Source: Candidatus Binatia bacterium (lineage in GTDB: Bacteria > Desulfobacterota > Binatia > UBA9968 > JAJDTQ01). Taken from it: a stretch of 64,000 bases of DNA. Below the pieces are notes generated by a model that did no database searches, was not told where the DNA came from, and saw only the letters and a program-made list of their open reading frames with translations. This document shows, piece after piece, positions 61,216-64,000 of the stretch (within the stretch, counting starts at the first letter, position 1; the number at the start of each line of letters is the position of its first letter). Location of the stretch: NCBI GenBank assembly GCA_022824205.1, contig JAJEAI010000171.1, positions 1,193-65,192 of the forward strand. The letters run 5' to 3'. The position numbers were made by a program, and so were the translations under genes.

Positions 61216-62847
61216 ATGAGTAATTTGTTGCTTTACGATACCACTTTGCGGGATGGGTGCCAGAGCGAGGACGTCTCCTTCAGCCTGAAGGACAAGCTGC
61301 GCATCGCGGAGAGCCTGGCGGAGCTGGGCATTCATTACATCGAGGGTGGCTATCCCGGTTCCAACCCGCGCGACGCCGAGTTCTTCAAGGAGGTGCCGAA
61401 GCTGAACCTCCGGAAGACCCGGGTGGCGGCCTTCGGCACCACCCGGCGGCCTTCGGTGAAGCCGTCGCAGGATGCCAGCCTGAAGCTCTTGCTGGCGGCC
61501 AAGACCCCGGTGGTGACGCTGGTGGGCAAGACCTGGGACCTGCACGTGCGCGACGACCTGCGCATCAGCCAGAAGGCCAACCTGGAGGTGATCGCCGATT
61601 CCATCGCCTACATGAAGAAGCACGTCGACGAGGTGATGTTCGACGCCGAGCATTTCTTCGACGGCTACCGCAACAACCCGAAGTTCGCCCTGGAGTGCCT
61701 GAAGGCGGCGGAGGAGGGCGGCGCCGACTGGATCGTCCTGTGCGACACCAATGGCGGCGGCCTGCCGGCCGACGTCGAGGCGGCGGTGGTGCGGGTCAAG
61801 GAGGAGGTGAAGACGCCGCTGGGGGTCCATTGCCACAACGACGGCGAGCTGGCGGTGGCCAACACCATGACGGCGGTGGAGAACGGCGTGCGCCAGATCC
61901 AGGGCACCATCAACGGCTTCGGCGAGCGCTGCGGCAACCTGAACCTGTGCTCGGTGCTGCCCAACCTCCAGTTGAAGCAGGGACACAAGATCGTCCGGGC
62001 GTCGCAGTTGCGCCGGCTGCGGGAGATATCGCACCTGCTGTACGAGCTGGCCAACGTGGTGCCCAACAAGCGCCAGCCTTACGTCGGCGAAAGCGCGTTC
62101 GCGCACAAGGGCGGGCTCCACGTCTCGGGCATCATCAAGAACCGCGAGACCTACGAGCACATCGAGCCGGAGCTGGTGGGGAGCCGCCAGCGCGTGCTGG
62201 TGTCGGACCTGTCGGGCCGGAGCAACATCGTCTACAAGGCGCGGGAATACGACATCGACCTGAACGGCCAGGACCAGGCCGTGCACCAGATCCTCAATCG
62301 CATCAAGGAGCTGGAGAGCCAGGGCTACGAGTTCGAGGCCGCGGAGGCTTCCTTCGAGCTTCTGATCCAGGAGGCATTGGGCAAGAAGAAGCGCAACTTC
62401 CGCCTCGACGGGTTCCGGGTCATCGACGAGAAGCGGGTGGAGACCGAGCCGCCACTGTCCGAGGCCACGGTCAAGGTGGAGGTGAACGGCGTGATGGAGC
62501 ACGCGGCCGCCCTGGGCAGCGGTCCGGTGCACGCGCTGGACCAGGCCCTGCGCAAGGCCCTCACAGGCTTCTATCCGTCCCTGGAGGAAGTGGAGTTGCT
62601 GGACTACAAGGTCCGGGTGCTGTCGTCGGGGGAGGGCACCAGCGCCGCCGTCCGGGTGCTCATCGAGTCGGGGGACGGCAATGTCAACTGGGGCACGGTA
62701 GGCGTTTCCCACAACGTCATCGAGGCGAGCTGGCAGGCGCTGGTCGACAGCATCGACTACAAGCTCTACAAGGACCGGAAGAAGAAGGTCCACGCGGGCA
62801 AGAGCCGCGCCGGGAAAGCCCATTCCGCGGCGGCGCCCGCGTCCTGA
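61216..62847 (+). CDS. cimA: (R)-citramalate synthase / 2-isopropylmalate-synthase-family (CimA-type, long form)
   Basis: [22 protein letters not shown]...HCHND.... A CimA-type sequence immediately after aspartate kinase is typical of the citramalate isoleucine pathway. Confidence 0.8.
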   Translation: MSNLLLYDTTLRDGCQSEDVSFSLKDKLRIAESLAELGIHYIEGGYPGSNPRDAEFFKEVPKLNLRKTRVAAFGTTRRPSVKPSQDASLKLLLAAKTPVVTLVGKTWDLHVRDDLRISQKANLEVIADSIAYMKKHVDEVMFDAEHFFDGYRNNPKFALECLKAAEEGGADWIVLCDTNGGGLPADVEAAVVRVKEEVKTPLGVHCHNDGELAVANTMTAVENGVRQIQGTINGFGERCGNLNLCSVLPNLQLKQGHKIVRASQLRRLREISHLLYELANVVPNKRQPYVGESAFAHKGGLHVSGIIKNRETYEHIEPELVGSRQRVLVSDLSGRSNIVYKAREYDIDLNGQDQAVHQILNRIKELESQGYEFEAAEASFELLIQEALGKKKRNFRLDGFRVIDEKRVETEPPLSEATVKVEVNGVMEHAAALGSGPVHALDQALRKALTGFYPSLEEVELLDYKVRVLSSGEGTSAAVRVLIESGDGNVNWGTVGVSHNVIEASWQALVDSIDYKLYKDRKKKVHAGKSRAGKAHSAAAPAS

Positions 62848-63004
62848 ACGGAAGGGTCCGCGTTCGTCCCGCCCATGCGCGTGCCGAACCGCGCATCCGG
62901 GCACCCGTGACGGCGACCTGCCGGCGTCTCGGGACCACGGTGCCCCGAAGCGCGTGCGCGTGACCGAGACCGTGCGGTAGTCGGATCTTTCACGGGAGCC
63001 GCCG

Positions 63005-63718
63005 ATGTGGAGTCTTCTGAAAGAGGACGTGCGCGTCGCCTTCGAGCGCGACCCCGCGGCGCGGAACCTCGGCGAGGTTCTGCTCAGCTACCCCGGCGTG
63101 CACGCGTTGCTGGCTCACCGCCTCGCCCACGGGCTGTGGTACGGCGGCTGGAAGAACCTGGCGCGCTTCGTGAGCCACCTGGGCCGTTTCCTCACCGGCA
63201 TCGAGATTCATCCCGGCGCCACCGTCGGGAGGAGGTTCTTCATCGATCACGGCATGGGAGTGGTCATCGGCGAGACCGCGGACATCGGCGACGACGTGAC
63301 GCTGTACCAGGGCGTGACCCTGGGCGGCATCAGCCTGCGCAAGGAGAAGCGCCACCCCACGGTGCAGGACTGCGTCATCATCGGTGCCGGCGCCACCGTG
63401 TTGGGACCGGTGGTGGTGGGGCGGAACAGCAAGATCGGTTCGGGCTCCGTGGTGGTAAAGGACGTGCCGCCCAACTCCACCGTGGTGGGCGTGCCCGGGA
63501 AGGTGGTGGAAGGGGACGGCGTGCACCGGGATCCGGTGGAACACCAGATCGCCCTGGACCACGACCGCTTGCCCGACCCCATGGCCAAGTCCCTGGGCCA
63601 GTTGGCCGACCACATCCGCAAGCTGGAAGAGCGGGTGAACGAGCTGGACGTCAAGCAGGGCGGGCTGGAGGCGCGGCAGCGGGAAGAGGACAAAGAGATC
63701 CGGCGGTACAAGAACTGA
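63005..63718 (+). CDS. cysE: Serine O-acetyltransferase
   Basis: ...[28 protein letters not shown]... hexapeptide LbH. Confidence 0.85.
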   Translation: MWSLLKEDVRVAFERDPAARNLGEVLLSYPGVHALLAHRLAHGLWYGGWKNLARFVSHLGRFLTGIEIHPGATVGRRFFIDHGMGVVIGETADIGDDVTLYQGVTLGGISLRKEKRHPTVQDCVIIGAGATVLGPVVVGRNSKIGSGSVVVKDVPPNSTVVGVPGKVVEGDGVHRDPVEHQIALDHDRLPDPMAKSLGQLADHIRKLEERVNELDVKQGGLEARQREEDKEIRRYKN

Positions 63719-63720
63719 CC

Positions 63721-64000
63721 CTCGAATCGTCATTCCCGGCCCGCAATGCATCATTCCCGGCCCTCCAACATGTCGTTCCCGGCCCCCCGAATACGTCATT
63801 GATATGAAAACAGAATCTTGTTCAATGATCTCTGGTAGTTACGGAATACCGCTACCCCCCAACGAGTCATTCCCGCGGAAGCGGGAATCCAGGTGGGGTG
63901 GGGCCGGGCAATGACGCCGCCACACCCCCCCACCCCTGGATTCCCGCTTCCGCGGGAATGACGTATCGGGGGGCCGGGAATGACGACTCGAAGAGTCTCA
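63721..64000. repeat. MITE-like composite palindromic element: terminal inverted repeats ctcgaatcgtcattcccggcc / ggccgggaatgacgactcgaag, three direct tcattcccggcc units, and an inverted pair of the ATTCCC-N8-GGGAAT unit (63866-63903 / 63929-63962)
   Basis: Read directly from the sequence. Same family as 24721-24818 and 25912-25944. Confidence 0.6.

Noticed and set aside
52649-62904. ORFs 52649-54673(-), 54388-57369(-), 57407-59365(-), 59808-61217(-), 61129-62904(-), 61257-62963(+)
   Set aside because: Antisense or alternate-frame to ftsH, folP, glmM, pdxJ, nnr, lysC and cimA. Typical GC-bias ORFs.

Overview
High-GC (~65-70%) bacterial chromosomal segment. Conserved housekeeping and metabolic blocks alternate with several lower-GC or recombinogenic accessory islets. 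All calls are by eye from the six-frame translations and the raw nucleotides; no database searches were run.

Core genes recognised:
- fabH-fabF, a histone-deacetylase-family enzyme, an EamA transporter
- tatA-tatC
- A three-gene acyl-CoA carboxylase operon (carboxyltransferase, biotin carboxylase, BCCP)
- GDPD, a HEAT-repeat protein, YfiH/PgeF, an Asp/Glu-racemase-family protein, a NUDIX hydrolase, bioB, rpoZ
- A catabolic cluster: two alpha/beta hydrolases, an LLM flavin oxidoreductase, Rieske dioxygenase alpha and beta subunits, two Zn-ADHs, a DhnA-type aldolase
- An SbcD-like/SMC-like pair, an AGXT-family aminotransferase
- The conserved run tilS-ftsH-folP-glmM-pdxJ-nnr-tsaE-lysC-cimA-cysE

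Accessory or unusual content:
1. A tandem array (1-5340) of near-identical secreted S1-protease/Sel1-repeat paralogs. A conserved 3' module is reiterated four times and is linked to copies and decayed remnants of a small DUF1640-like gene in both orientations. A truncated AAA-like ATPase, a DUF433/DUF5615 pair and an orphan Phd antitoxin are interleaved.
2. A 127-bp direct-repeat pair flanking a Cys/His-rich hypothetical gene, next to a frameshifted ADP-ribosylglycohydrolase. Divergently from that sit two tandem, translationally coupled stand-alone TIR-domain genes in an AT-rich islet.
3. An orphan promoter / SD / 13-codon mini-ORF / terminator cassette at ~19.77-19.96 kb.
4. An ATTCCC-N8-GGGAAT palindromic repeat family forming MITE-like structures at three loci.
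5. A ~10.8 kb toxin-antitoxin/defence island (28.9-39.7 kb) inserted inside the catabolic cluster. It carries AbiEi plus a frameshifted AbiEii, a Fic protein, an orphan HigA, a 1358-aa protein whose only recognisable part is an N-terminal HigA-type HTH, a PIN protein, an AbrB-type protein and a low-GC 303-aa unknown.
6. The SbcD-like / membrane-segment-containing SMC-like pair is translationally coupled to an AbiEi/COG5340-like gene and abuts a low-GC membrane-anchored unknown.

No rRNA, tRNA or CRISPR arrays were recognised. Most other long ORFs in the track are antisense artefacts of GC bias.
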